Shown here: positions 13,731-27,276 of the stretch, piece after piece | Numbering within the stretch: position 1 is the stretch's first letter | Layout of the letters: every line of letters begins with the position of its first letter | Source: Lingula anatina | Taxonomy: Eukaryota; Animalia; Brachiopoda | Reading direction: 5' to 3' | DNA length: 64,000 bases | Assembly: GCA_051362555.1 (NCBI GenBank) | Contig: CM120641.1 | Location: 13,888,001 to 13,952,000, forward strand | Position numbers and translations under genes: made by a program | Notes under the pieces: generated by a model | What the model was told of the DNA's origin: nothing | The model's input: only the letters and a program-made list of their open reading frames with translations | Database searches by the model: none

Positions 13731-16357
13731 TCAACTTTGAAAAGTCGAGCGCGCCTTTCTGTACTCGTGTCTTGCCTCCCACCCCCTCTGTCCACCAAGT
13801 AACCCAGGGTCATAATGAAAAGTCAATTTTGCCTCTTGAAAAGCGTTTTTCACAGCGTTTAAAACATTGTTTTCAATGTGACGAAAATGTTTCTTTGGAA
13901 CGTAGCCATCACGGAACGATCTACAAATAGAAATAAGTCGTGGAGTGCTCAAACGAGAGATGATACTCTGCATTAGTTCGCTTCTTGTTTCTATTTCATC
14001 TTCGGTGGGAGAATGGAAAGTTACGATGGATTCATTGGGTGTGTTAAACCCGTGGCAAACCTGAAAAGGGACGTTTTTGTACAGTTCGCCACTTAAAGAT
14101 TTCGGAGTGGTGGTCATACAAAACCCAATATCGGTTAATGTTTTGAGCTGATCGTAGGTCATAACTAACAACAGTTTTACTATCTTCTTCACCCGCGTTC
14201 GTGATGACGATTTTAACTGCGAACAAAAAATAGCACTTCGCTCCCGGAAGAATGAATTAAAGTACTTCCCCACTTGAGAGAAGGTCGCATTCAGTTTTAG
14301 CTTTGAATTGCAAAAGCTATTTTGACTATCACTGTCTTCGCAGTTTCTCATTATTGTTTCAATGATTTTTGTTAAAAATAAGTCAGAGACGCGCTCATCG
14401 TCTGTATTCATTGGGCAAAACGTCATAGAAAGAAGCGTGTCAAGAAGTTCCACCAATTTCCAATTTATCTTTGTTTGCAACAGAGGATCGGCTCCGCTCT
14501 CACATCCAAAATAATCCTCGTCAATATCCAAAATGATCGTCTCCGATTTATCTATCCAGTTTTCTTTTGTAAACTTTTCAATAAACACTTGGTCCATGAC
14601 ATCCTCAGAGATATAGGACGTCTCCACTTTGCACCGGCCTGGGTCCAACTCCACGACATCAGTTCCTCCACTCAGATAGGCGACTTCCTCGTTGAAGTAA
14701 AAACAAACTCTTCTGTTTGTATCGTCCGGCTGAAAAGTTTAAAGACAGATATTGCATATATGAATTTCAGTAAACTTAGTTCAAAACAAATCATAATTCA
14801 CTTAATATTCTTCCTGACATACAGGTATCGCAGGAAAATGTTGACATCAGGTACCTTTATTTGAGGGGGTTAAACATTTCATTGTCTGAATTATTAAAGA
14901 TAAGTAGCTTCTCAGGGGATTTAGACATCAGGTATGATTTTGAGACATTTTCAAACGAGTAGACCAACAGTATATACATGCACAGAGGGTGAAACATATA
15001 AGAGCACGCGCCATTACGGGGACCAACACTCCTCTTCGGAACTACGCGCTGTTTGACTTTTTTGAAAGAAAAAATTTACCTGGCATTGACAGAAAACTTT
15101 TGCAGTACTAGCTTCGTCTGTATTAGGAACGAACCAGCCGATCTCGGTAACGGTTCTTCTGTAGAGGCCAGAGTGGTTCTGACGATCCCATGATGGCCAT
15201 ACCCACACAAACCGGTTGAAAAGACCCGACATCACAGCCTCCTGGAAGGTAGAGGTATGTCCGGTTATATCCAAAATGACCACCACGTTTTCAATATAGG
15301 CTACAGTGTTTGTTTGAGAACAACATCATATAATAACAGTAATATCACACATGTTTAATAAAGCTATAATGCTAATCACCTGTCTGAGAAATAAACAGTT
15401 CAGTGAACGACTAACAAACTTACAGGCCGACTGCACACCGATCAACCAACAGCTAGTTAACTTAAAGAAAAATAAGGCTTTTAATATACAATCATTAATA
15501 CTTTTTAAGGAAAAAAGTTGACTAGCACTTACTACGACAAACACATCATTTTTCTGCAGCATATAAACGAGTTCTTTGGGGGTTTTAGGCCACCGAAAGA
15601 ATGGGTACTCGTCGTAATAGTCGGGCGGAGCCTCATCGCTGTGACCGTCTATGTGAATCTGGAGGGGAAATGATCACACAGGTCAAAGAACATGCAAGAG
15701 AGTCTAAATGATGTTGAAATATTTTTATATTTAACTAACCAGGCAAAATACATTTAAAATTACGACGACGACAAAAAATCGCTCTTCCTTGTGACAAAGA
15801 ATACATAAATAAATAAATAAAAAAAATAGTGTGCCGTCCTCCCCCGTTTTTGTCCATTTGATTTAGTTCACCTTTCAGTTCATGAACAAGATAAATGCAA
15901 ATGGTTCTGAAGTTCAATGAAGTGCACACTGCATAGATGTTTTTTTGTCCAATATTCTTCGAAATTCTGTAATCTTTAACACTGCAGCCACACCTTATAT
16001 TTTCCGTGTCACTGTATAAAGTTAAGTGAAGTATGTTCGTGAATTAAAACAGAACGTGACTATCAAGGAGTCGATCTATTGTTTCCTTGAAAGAAATTTG
16101 TGATAAATGTATCAGGTCATTTCCAAGTATGAATCAGGTAGATAAGAGATATAATTCGAAACCATTACATTTTCATATTACAAAGTGCCACGGTATAATG
16201 ACAGTGACAGAGTGGAAACATATCGTCTTCGTTCTCTTCCTGCCAAGCTGCGTCTATTAAGTAAGGATATCTATCGTTGTCATTCTTGATACATGTAACA
16301 TCGGAAGCATTTTGGTAGGCTTATTCGTGTTAGTTAGGCAGATTAAGCTACCACTCC

Positions 16358-16409
<52 letters not shown>

Positions 16410-18276
16410 GATTAATATACCTGAAACTTTATGTGCGCTCAATCTATTTTAGTAGACTTAGAATATGAAAACGTGGCAAGCACACATGTTATAATACCTG
16501 TATATACAATCTAAATGCATGTCCTTCTAGTAATTTACAGAATGGATTTAGGTACCTCACACAAATTTTTTTATACAAATTGAACGGACGTACAATGGGC
16601 AGTTTTACAAAACTTGAAGAAGTGTGCATATAATTATAAGATATACATCTATACAGCTTAAAATAACCTTTCAACACTCACCAATGTATTTCCAGACTGC
16701 GGAAAGCTACCCGCTTCAGCTTCGGCAAACCAGTAACGCAATACTGAAAAACAGCCACCGTATATCTGAGTTTTGTATTATCATGTTCTTTCACCTTGCA
16801 TTTTAAAGGATCGGTTAACTTGTTCCTCACCGCAGTTCAACACTTCTTTATTGATAAAATGAAACAGGACTAAACTTAAAAGAAATTATCTTATCAACTA
16901 TTGGTTTTCCAGCGTATTTTCCATGTTAAGAAAAGCCCTCCTTTTTCTCAAAAAGGCTATTAATCCTTATTTTAAACGATTTTGTATGAAGACAACTAAT
17001 TTGACTTTTTTCTACTGTATACGCGCATGTGCAGGTGCACCTTAAGAACAGTAGGATTGCTGTTCATATCAAACTGGACATTACAATACACTATTTGGAA
17101 ATACATGTACATCTTTAACACTATTTTTCACCTGTTTGCGTTCCTCGTTTTAGATTATTTATAGTCACACATCATACTAATTTTAGACATTGATTGTCAT
17201 GGGATCAATTGTGTTTAAGAGTTTTTCATTAATCCAGGGAGACCTATATTTCATTTTGATTATGGAAAAAAGAACGGATGCAATAAAAGCCACTAAAACT
17301 GGAACTCGGATAACGAATAAGATATATTTGTATTTACAAAAACCACAGTTACCCCGCTATATCTTTAAGTAAGATTGAAATGTTAAATATGGCACCGGGG
17401 CGCTTTAATTCATAAGTCGGTTAATTTTAATATAGAACCCCAGTCCTAAGTATGCCCACGGTTCACTGAGTACCTCATCTGAAGGACATATATCAGCCTC
17501 GATGGTTGTTTAAATACCCTTGTGTAACCTTCGTTTTGAATCAGTAGCCAGATTGAACCGTCATATACCTCGGTAACGTGTATGTTATGCGCTGTGGATT
17601 AGTACTTACGAGCTCGAGGAAATCGATGAAGAAATTCATGAGATGGTGTTCAAAGCCACCCCCGCTGCCTTTACTGTCAATTTCTACAGCATTTATCGTT
17701 TAGTTAAGCCCAGTTGCCAGAACCACCGTTTGGACAGATACCTTTAAACACACTTCAAAATTTCATTTATTGCAGATCAGACTATTAGATATTTTTCTGA
17801 TTTCCCTATCGTTACTGTAAAATTGGTTTACATGCGTTCAACAGGGCAGTGACCTTATTCATCTACCTAATAAATCGTGGAGAGAGAAAAAAAAGCCACA
17901 CAGCGAGATCCAAATAATCGCACTAATGATTGGTAAAATACAGTTTCCTGATAACTCGAAAAACCAATAATTGATAAGATACTTTCTTTTAAGTCTTTTC
18001 ATATAATTAATTTAGTATACGTGGCCGGATGTCACACTCTGACGGACCATACGAGCTTTTTACTGAAACGGAAATTAAGAGAAATGCCAGAAGAAATATG
18101 ATTCAGTGTTGTATTGTCTACAGGAACATGGAAACCAATAGCTGTAGTCCTGTGATTCATAAATATGCTTATTACGTGAAAACGCCAAATTGTTACAGTC
18201 TTTATGATTTCCATCATTCTTTCTCTCTTTATTGCTCGTTTAATAGAATTAAACATACATATTCATGCTATGTCTT

Positions 18277-18319
<43 letters not shown>

Positions 18320-18855
18320 TTGTATGCACAAGTAAATCCAGGATATCCGGGAATCATCCTCTTCCCACAATTATATGTCTTGTGTTCTTTTTTTTAATTC
18401 AATTTTAAAATATGGTTCTGTGGATTTCAGTAGATTTCAGTAGATGATGGTAGGCGAACAATTCTGCACTAAGTAAGGGGGAGGTGCACGCTCTCACTCG
18501 CTCCCCCTCGCACCCCTCTACGTCCGCTTATCAATAAGTATATTCACTTAAAACCTGTACAAAAATCAATATTTCCTTTATCAATGAGATGCCTTTATTA
18601 CAAAACCTAAACCATATTTTCTAAAAACGGCAGTAAGATAGTAAAAAGCATGCAATGCTCCGTAGATAGATTTCTCTCACCTTCATGATGTTCCTCGAAC
18701 ACGACCACCTTTACCTCGGGCGTGGTCATCCTAAACCCCGGGGTCTGCATGAGCCAGCATGTCACCACCACAGTTAACGCCACAACAAAACACAGAAGAC
18801 CTAATTGAAAAGCTATGGAAGATTTGAGCAGTCTGCGAACCGCTCGCATACCCAT
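13731..18855 (-). CDS. UPF0489 (C5orf22-like) arginase/deacetylase-fold protein with an N-terminal signal anchor, 5 coding exons
   Basis: In-phase GT-AG exons: 18681-18855 (MGMRAVRRLLK..hydrophobic stretch..KVVVFEEHHE), 16682-16743 (VLRYWFAEAEAGSFPQSGNTL), 15533-15658 (IHIDGHSD), 15080-15241 (AVMSGLFNRFVWVWPSW), 13731-14729 (ILDIDEDYFGC..ISICRSFRDGYVP, stop TGA). The motifs V.E.H.E, H.D.HSD, LDID.D.F and I.RS..D.Y are characteristic of UPF0489. Confidence 0.85.
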
Positions 18856-19394
18856 CTTCTTATCTTTTCGCCTCTTTTTTTCTCTCTGATTCACGGCACA
18901 AAATCACTGTACATTTAAGCCCATTTTATCTGTTATAACTGGTGTCCAATTCACCTAATGCATGCTGTCATGGATCTTTACGCTAGTTGATTTTCCAGTA
19001 AATCATGAGTCGTGACAGAGATAGCATCGGGGATTCGATTGGAATATGTGGATCTCCAATAGCTCATTTAAAGAGCAAAGATACAATTTTGATGCAGAGG
19101 CACATTGGTATTTTGAGATTTGTCCCATCTTTTTGTGTCTTTCCTTCTCATCTCAGCAACATAATTTCTATAAAATATCCGAGTAAGTCTAACTGCCTTT
19201 TTATATAGCATTTGCATTTGCTCTGCAGCAAGGCACTCGAGGTCTACAGTATTTTTCACTTGTCCCAGGATTGAGGGAATAGGGGTTGGTTTCCTGCACC
19301 TTGTAAGAGACATTTTAATGTGCAAAACTGCGAGGCAAATGAAAAGACCTGTGCCCCTCCATCCCATCAACAGCAAAAGAGGCAAGGAGAGAGA

Positions 19395-19791
19395 GAGCGT
19401 GCATTTAGAACAGATGATCCACGGAGTAACTGATCCGCCGACTAAATATGGCCGATCCCAACTGTGCCGCTTAATCCTCTGATGGTCACCCCGTCTCCAC
19501 ACGCGCCATTAAACTGATTGAATCGCGGCTCCGAGGTTTAATTGCAAAGCCAGTGCAACGACGGCGCTTGTGGAGACGGGGAAGCATTCAGAGAATTAGT
19601 CGGCGCTGCTTTTAAGTAAGTTGGCCATATTTAGTTCGCGGATCAACTTGTTCTGAATGCCCCATCCGTTTAATGGTGCGTGTAGAGACGGAGAGACCAT
19701 CAGAAGATTAGGTGGCTTACTTTTAATTGGGATCTGCCATATTTAGGTCCTGGATCAGTTAGTCCGCGCACCATCTGTTCTGATTGCGCTC
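19395..19791. mobile_element. Fold-back element (MITE) between the divergent genes
   Basis: Imperfect inverted arms of about 120 bp (GAGCG..agaacagatg..aactgatcc..taaatatgg..ctgatggtc..ccgtctc..ccattaaac versus its reverse complement ending CGCTC), inserted in a (GA)n tract. Confidence 0.7.
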
Positions 19792-19798
19792 AAAGAGA

Positions 19799-19832
<34 letters not shown>

Positions 19833-20091
19833 CAGGGAACCCTTGTGATTTACATTGCCTTGCGCATCTAATGAGTAATAATGTTTAAATTACCGTGAAT
19901 ATATCATGCCTAGTGGGTCGTACGTCTCTTGGGAGTTTATCTGATCTATTTATACAGGGAAGGAGCAATAATTCAAATACCAAGAGAACAATTCTATGTT
20001 TTAGCTTTTTAGACAAGCGATAAGAAGTGTAGACCTGTGTTATTCAATTATAGAACATTGCCCTAACGTGTTGAATGTCAATCTATTTTTC

Positions 20092-20134
<43 letters not shown>

Positions 20135-20680
20135 CATATAATTAAGATGGATGTTTGTTATTTTTCGAGTTGGAATGTATGGAACTTTATATAGAAAATT
20201 ATTTTTGTTTCTTATCTTTGTTAGCATAATTACCAGCAGAAAAATGTTTAAAACGTGAAAAAGTTGAAAAGGATTTTAAAAATTACTTCGCCCTTGCTGA
20301 ACTCGATCTACATGAATATCAATCCAGATGGTGTATTATCGCCTTATGAACCCTTAATATTTGATTAAAATGGACACTACGTCTTTTTAAAGTTTAATAT
20401 TTATCTAAGATTCCGTATATCTAGATAAGAGGGTAATGCAGGGTTTTGTGATCAAATGATGTGTGTAGCCACTCATACATTTTCAGATATGCATTCAATT
20501 CAGTTTAAGCCACGATATTCAATATTTTGAGTAACGCCTATACATTTTTGTCTCGTTTTTGAAGAAAATTGGAATGAGTTTACTGTGTGCAAAAGTGGCC
20601 TCCATTCTATACTCTTGACCACGGCACTTCTTCACTTCATTTCATGAAAACTTGCAGGTGAATTAACTACCAAGTGAAGT

Positions 20681-20945
20681 ATGGACAGTTTTAAGGTTGA
20701 AGGGCTTGTGACCGCTCCCTTTACACCATTCAAAGGCAACGGGTATGTATACAGTTTCAGCTGCTACTGCTGTTTCAGCTTCTGTGAGAAACGAACCATG
20801 TTGCTACATGTAAATGTGATGAATACTTGAAATACTACTGTAAAAACCTTACCCGCTGTTTTTTTAAACGCAACCATGGAATCGCGTGACATATGATGGA
20901 GATGTAGCCTAACATTCTGCACTGATATGTTTTTGCGTTGATCGA

Positions 20946-21012
<67 letters not shown>

Positions 21013-21172
21013 GAAAAGAAAACGAATAGGTAAAATGATATGTTAATAATTTCAGGGACATAAACTTTGAAATGTTTCAGTCCTATGCCGATTATCTAGT
21101 GAGCATGGAAATTTCTGCAGTTTTTGGTAAGTATTTGTGTGGGTTGAAAACTTAGATGATAATATCAGATAT

Positions 21173-21215
<43 letters not shown>

Positions 21216-24200
21216 ACACCTATTTCATCTATAAAGTTTATTTAGGAAATTTTAAATAGCAGTAAAGAGGGAAAGCGTGTTGGAATCAGAGGTACTTAGG
21301 CAAAGCTAAGAAAATCGATGTTCCCCCACTTTTGTCCAATGTGTCTTTGATCCCAAATCCATCAAAACGCATTTTTCTCTCTGGGGAGACAGGATCAAGG
21401 AAGTGTCAAAAGTGTGATTATACGTGGCCACGAGTGCTGATTTGATGGATTTGCCACCAAAGTCTTTCAGGAACAAAAAGAGTCGGAAATCAATATTTGA
21501 ATCTTGTATACGTGGTTTTTATACTGACGATGTTATTACTCATGTCTGTCTCTTGTAGAGCTAACTATTCTATTGCCCTTTAACATTTAAGCATGTTTGA
21601 AAATATATACATATACTGTTTGCAGTGAATGGATCCACAGGAGAGGGACTCTCTCTTACTGTTGAGGAGAGAAAACAAACACTTGAAGCTTGGGTAAAAG
21701 CCGTCAAAAACAGGCAAGTGATTGAGAACCTGTGCTGGCGTTACATAGTTTAATTGTTTTTCGGTGACACTTAATGACAAAAAAATACTTTTATATATTA
21801 AGCAAAGCAAAACGATTGATAATTTTATTCTAATGAAAGATTCAACTTATCTCTTGGCAGTATTACATTAACTATCATCAACTCCATCATTATGAAATAT
21901 TTGCATTTAACTTTTGTAGAATGACGATCATAGCACACGTTGGCGCTCTCAATATAAAAGACTGTCAAGCACTGGTGAGGAAATTTTTTTGGCATTATCC
22001 TCTAGAATTGTTTGATAAGAATAAAATAAAACAACCACTTCTAAGCCTGTTTTTAAGTTCTGGCTAGTATTTGTACATGTATTATTGAATAGATAAAAAA
22101 GATGAGACTGAGAGAAGTAATGTCATACTTTTAGTCTCAACACGCCCAAGCAGCAGGTGCTGATGCAATTGCTAGTATGGCCTCGCTCTATTATAAGCCA
22201 GCCACAGAAGGTAATTTTCTGTTAAACTTAATTTCGTGCAAAACTGACAAGCTACTGGTTAGAATATACATCAGAGATGTATGCGAGAATTGAAGTGTTG
22301 TTGTTAAATTTACCTTAATGTTGTTTGGCTGACACTTTGCCTTAAATATATTCTGGAGTTCCATTTTGGGGCAGATATTGGCTTTGATCTTTTATTTAAA
22401 AAAATATCCTTTTATTCTTGATTCAGAGGATCTTGTGGCGTATATGAAGGAGGTGGCGGCTGCTGCACCTAAGTTACCTTTCTACTACTATGACATTGAC
22501 TTCATGACAGGAGTCAACCGTAAGTTACTCAAAAATAATTTATGATTTTTTGTACCACTTTTTTTCGAAAGTTGTAGTTTGCGTTTTCATTAACACTAAT
22601 GACTAGTTCAGTGGAAAAAGGAAATTACCAGGCGTGAATGACCAAACCAGGTCCTTTTTGCTCGGTCTACGTTAAAAATTTACATTATATGCCCTGTTTT
22701 CAGTGAACAATGCGAAGTTTTTGCGCCTAGCCGCCCCAGCCATCCCGACTCTTAAAGGAGCAAAGGTTTCCTCGAGAAGTTTACAGGGCATTGCGGACTG
22801 TTTGACAGAGATTCAAGGGACCAAGATGCAAATTATGATGGGAAGTGATGAGGTGAAGGCAAATTATTACTTTCATATCTCACACACGAATTAATGGGGC
22901 CATTGCAGGTTCCTTCTTTTTTGCATTAATAACATATAATTATAGATAAATACAACTGAAATACATCTGAGTCTTTTCCGTTTACTCTCTCGATTTACCT
23001 CATCAGCGTCATCTCTAATCAACCCACATTGCTCTTCTTTTCAATTTTATGACAAAATTAAAAAAATATGGTAGATATGTATCCATTAAGCTGAACACAG
23101 AAGTATGTTGACAGGCCCGTAGCTAGCAATTGCAAAAGGTTTTTTTTCTGAAAATGTGGACCTTTTGTCATGAAACCTTAGTTTACCTAGATGAAATTAA
23201 CCCAGAGTGGTCCTTTTCTTAGCAAAAAGGGTGATTCTTTTGAACCCCCGACCCCCCCCCCCCCCCCCCCCCCCCCCCGGGCCTGTTTTATATCCCGTTA
23301 ATTATTCTCTTATCCACCATACACGCTTGAACACCATTTATACTTTCTGTAGCAATTTTTGGCTGGGTTAGCCTTTGGTGTGGATATTCCAATCATGAAT
23401 TCCTTTGTGGCTCCTATGTTCCACCGTATGATCAAGGCATTCAAGAAAGGAGATATGGATGCTGCTAAAAAGGAACAGGTATCACCCCAACCAGTCTTAT
23501 CAAATATTATTTAGAATTTGTACTTCCATTGCCACCCTTGTTAGTTAATCACATAGTATAATAATACCCTCTACCAGGGCCGCAGATTTTTTGTATTGTG
23601 AATTAGCCAGAGACGCAACTGTGAATATCTAGTGAAAAATCAACCTGTGGCCTTGGTAGAGGGTAATAAATTAATGCATTTTTCACTATTGTTACTCATA
23701 CTCAATATATCTTAACGTGGCAGGACTGACTCCAGTATATTGTAATGAATTTGGAATAGTTAAAAGAGCCAAAATTATGAAAGTTATATAGAAGTTTTGA
23801 AAATGCACTTGACAATCTTACATGAAGTTCCGCGTAAAGTTTTATTGTAATATAAATAGTTTCTTACCGTCAAATTGGATCAAAACTTTAAGTTGTAAGT
23901 TTGACCATTGTAAGTTTTTTGTTAATTATCCAGATGCATTTATTAACATATACCAAGGTTATGAAGGAATATAAGCCAATATGTATTCAAATTCCAGTAC
24001 CGTTGCTTGCAAGTTTCCAAGATCAAAGCAAAATATGGTAAGTACAGGTACTCGACAAATAAACATTTTATTAGGATTACAATCACATAATTTATTCATA
24101 CCAAAATGTTTTTGCCAAAGGGTAATTAATTTTGTGGTAATTTTTGATGAAATACCGGTATGAAGTTGTTCAGTTTTATTAAAAAGTTGTAAAGTTGTAT

Positions 24201-24880
24201 AAAGCGTTATGAATTACATGTAGGCCTACTAGCGATCTCCTTACATACAGCCACGGCTAGGCACCCCAAAGTTCCAGTTGGGTCCTGTTTCCTTAAAGAA
24301 CTTAAGCCAAAAATTGACTTAATCTTTTAGACCAAGACTTGAAGTGTACCAACAATTCTCGCTTTATTCAATTGGACTATTGTAGATTTATCTTAAACTG
24401 AAGTGGGTCAAGCTTTTCGTCTAAATGTACAGAGCAATCTCGGCCTAAAACGCTTTTGACCACTCCTTACTGTGCTTACGATAACCGTTTTTGACATGAA
24501 CACTGGACAACGCGTAATGGTATCGGACGAATCCATCCAGTCTCTCCCTATTTTATTGTAATGTCAAATCCGCCTTTGAAAAAATGCATATTTTACATCT
24601 TTGATTTAATCAAAACCTGTATCATTTTTGCCAAAAAGGTTTTTTATTTAACCACTCTTTCGTCAAAGTCAAATTTAATATGCTCTCTTCGAGCTGATAT
24701 TGCGTTGTTCCAGGCGGCGGGTTTGCAGCCAGTAAGGCAGTGATGAACGTGAGCAGCGGTCTGGACATGGGACCTCCACGACTCCCACTGAAATCATACA
24801 GCAAAGAAACCACGGAAAAAATCAAGAATGAATTAACGGAGGCCGGTTACTTTTACTGGATGAAAGAAACATGGAAATAG
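20681..24880 (+). CDS. NPL: N-acetylneuraminate lyase (sialic acid aldolase)-like, DHDPS/NAL family, 10 coding exons
   Basis: Exons: 20681-20742 ([17 protein letters not shown]), 21056-21126, 21626-21713 ([17 protein letters not shown]; GC donor), 21920-21974 ([12 protein letters not shown]), 22135-22210 (GADAIA..YYKP), 22427-22519 ([15 protein letters not shown]), 22704-22852 (IPTLKGAK, Schiff-base Lys; GSDE), 23353-23478, 23998-24037, 24714-24880 ([12 protein letters not shown]..stop TAG). Colinear with vertebrate NPL as recalled. Confidence 0.9.
23112..23285. mobile_element. MITE, same family as 4660-4836
   Basis: CAGGCCCGTAGC ... poly-C ... CGGGCCTG, with internal similarity to 4660-4836. 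Confidence 0.65.
23565..23665. mobile_element. MITE of about 100 bp, TA-flanked
   Basis: Inverted repeats TACCCTCTACCAGGGCCGCAG / CTGTGGCCTTGGTAGAGGGTA. Confidence 0.65.
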
Positions 24881-25823
24881 TTTATCTGGTCAGCAGATGT
24901 ATTGGTTATCAGAAAAGTTATCACAAATACCACTTGCAAGATGAACAAGCATATTTTGTACGTTTTGATAGGATAATTGATATCTAATACATAAACCATG
25001 TGATACACATTGAGATTTTTCTATCTCAATATGTATCACATAGTTTACTTATTAGAAATGTTTCAAACTGAACGTGAAATTGTGAACACTTTATAGGATA
25101 ATATAACAACTGACAATCTGATATTGACACTGAAATAAGTAAACTGAATGCTCAAGAAACAGATTTATTCAAGTGTACCTACATGGAAATATGCTACACT
25201 TATTCAGGGATGTTCCTCCGATTTCCAAATCTTCACACATACCTGTATCAGCACTGAATAAAAATTAGCAACTTTGCCTTGGCATTTCAGTTGGTTCAAA
25301 ACTTAAAATTCTAAAAGGCACACTTCAAAGGGAGAAGTCAAATCAAGTAGTGAGTTTTTCAATTGACTCTGTCAGGCTTTGTGAAAGCCTTTGTCGCATT
25401 GCAATTAATAAATAAAGAATCCTTTGCTCTTAAGTCACTTTTGTCTTTACCTTGAAGTCTTGCATCTTTGAAAAAGTATGCTTAAAAACATTAAATTATT
25501 TTTTTAGTCACTGAAAGAGTAATTATAATTATACCATTTTCAAAGTTTAAGTAAATCTACTTAAAATGACAGAAACCACATCATGAAAATATGAAATTAG
25601 AAATAAACTTTGTTTCTTATATTCCATTGTCCTTCAACGTTGCATAGTTCAGCATTGGGTGATGTTTTCCAAATATGTATTCCCAAAAATATGGTAATCT
25701 TAATAACGATTCTAAACAAGGCTGGGTCACACGTGAGTTTCCATATCAATTTTGTAAAGCCTGTTATGTATGTAAAATGGCATGAAATAAGGTTTTGTGC
25801 CTAAAATCTTTGAAGGTGAGATC

Positions 25824-27181
25824 TTATGACATCAGGATTCTCTTCTTGTTCTTCGCAGTTGTGTTCTTCATTTCCTTCATCATTTCTTTGTCATCTGCTT
25901 TCAAATTGAGGTATGTTTCCAGACGACCAATCATGGAGTCAATCTTGTTGCCAAGGTCTTCACAATTGCCTTCATCACCTAATGATTGTAAAGTGTGGAC
26001 ACATCTTGTCAGGAAGTGAAAATCTTATTATATTCTAAACTGTGAAGTTCTCTAGACCAGTTTTTCACTGTCCATGTTTTATGAATTTCTCATTGTTTTC
26101 ACTTTACAATGACATGGTTGAAACAGCTTAATGGTCATGATTTAAATATAGAAAATCGACTCTAACTTATGAAACCTTTGATGATTGAAATTTTTCAAAA
26201 GAAACAAGGTGTGATCTCTTCTGTAATTCCTGTTTTTCAATAATTTACACTAAATCAACTTTTTACGTTTTTTTTTTCAAATAAAAAGAAAATTTGCACC
26301 CTCCCTGCAAAAATGATTAACTAAAAAGACAGATAAACATAAAATAAAAAATGAAATAAATATTTAAAGAACTAAATAAATAACTAAAGGAATGCATAAG
26401 AAATATTCCATTACGGTAACAAACATTGCACCAATGTGCAAAGACGAGACATGCAACTTTACAAATATACTAACAGCATACTTACCATTCTACACCCAAA
26501 CTCTATACAAAACCTTAATAACACAAATAGAACTATTTATGACACAACTCTTACCTCCAACATACTGGAACTGGGATGGCACGTAAGGCTCTGGTTTCTT
26601 CTGGGTTGACATGCCAAATAGTCCTTTAAATCTGGACACCATGAAGTCGACAATCTCATAATCATTCTTCTGTTTGCTGAGGTCAAACTTGGCCCAGGCA
26701 AACGCCTCCATGATCAGCGTCAAGAACAGGTTCACCATGATGAATGACACTATCACCATGAAAGAGACGAACACTATCCGAGCAAAGAAGGGGTTGATTT
26801 CGTCAATCTGGTAGAAGTCAAATTTGTCTGAAAAATAAGATTTCAATTGTTAAAAATGATAATTACAAGTATCTTCAGTCATCAGGTTGCTTGAAAAAAG
26901 TATAGAGTTTTTCTGCCACCTAAACATTCCGACAAATCAGTATTGCTACCCAGTAATGAATATAGAACAATAGCCATATTTCAAGAAATGAGGTCTGTTC
27001 TTCAATTGGTCAAGACTGTTGGATCAAAACTTTCATTTTGTGGGTCTATAGTTTAATAAAAGTAAAGTTAGCCAAGAGGAGTGAACATATTCAAGTATTG
27101 CAGAAACACACAGTCATATAATAAAAAAAGCCTATTTTGCATATTGTCTTTTTTCAGAACTTTTCTTCATCTACAGAAGTG

Positions 27182-27276
<95 letters not shown>

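Noticed and set aside
23933-23973. Possible duplicated or mutually exclusive NPL exon ([13 protein letters not shown]) just upstream of exon 23998-24037
   Set aside because: No GT/GC donor sits at the needed position, and reading through to the shared donor gives the wrong phase.
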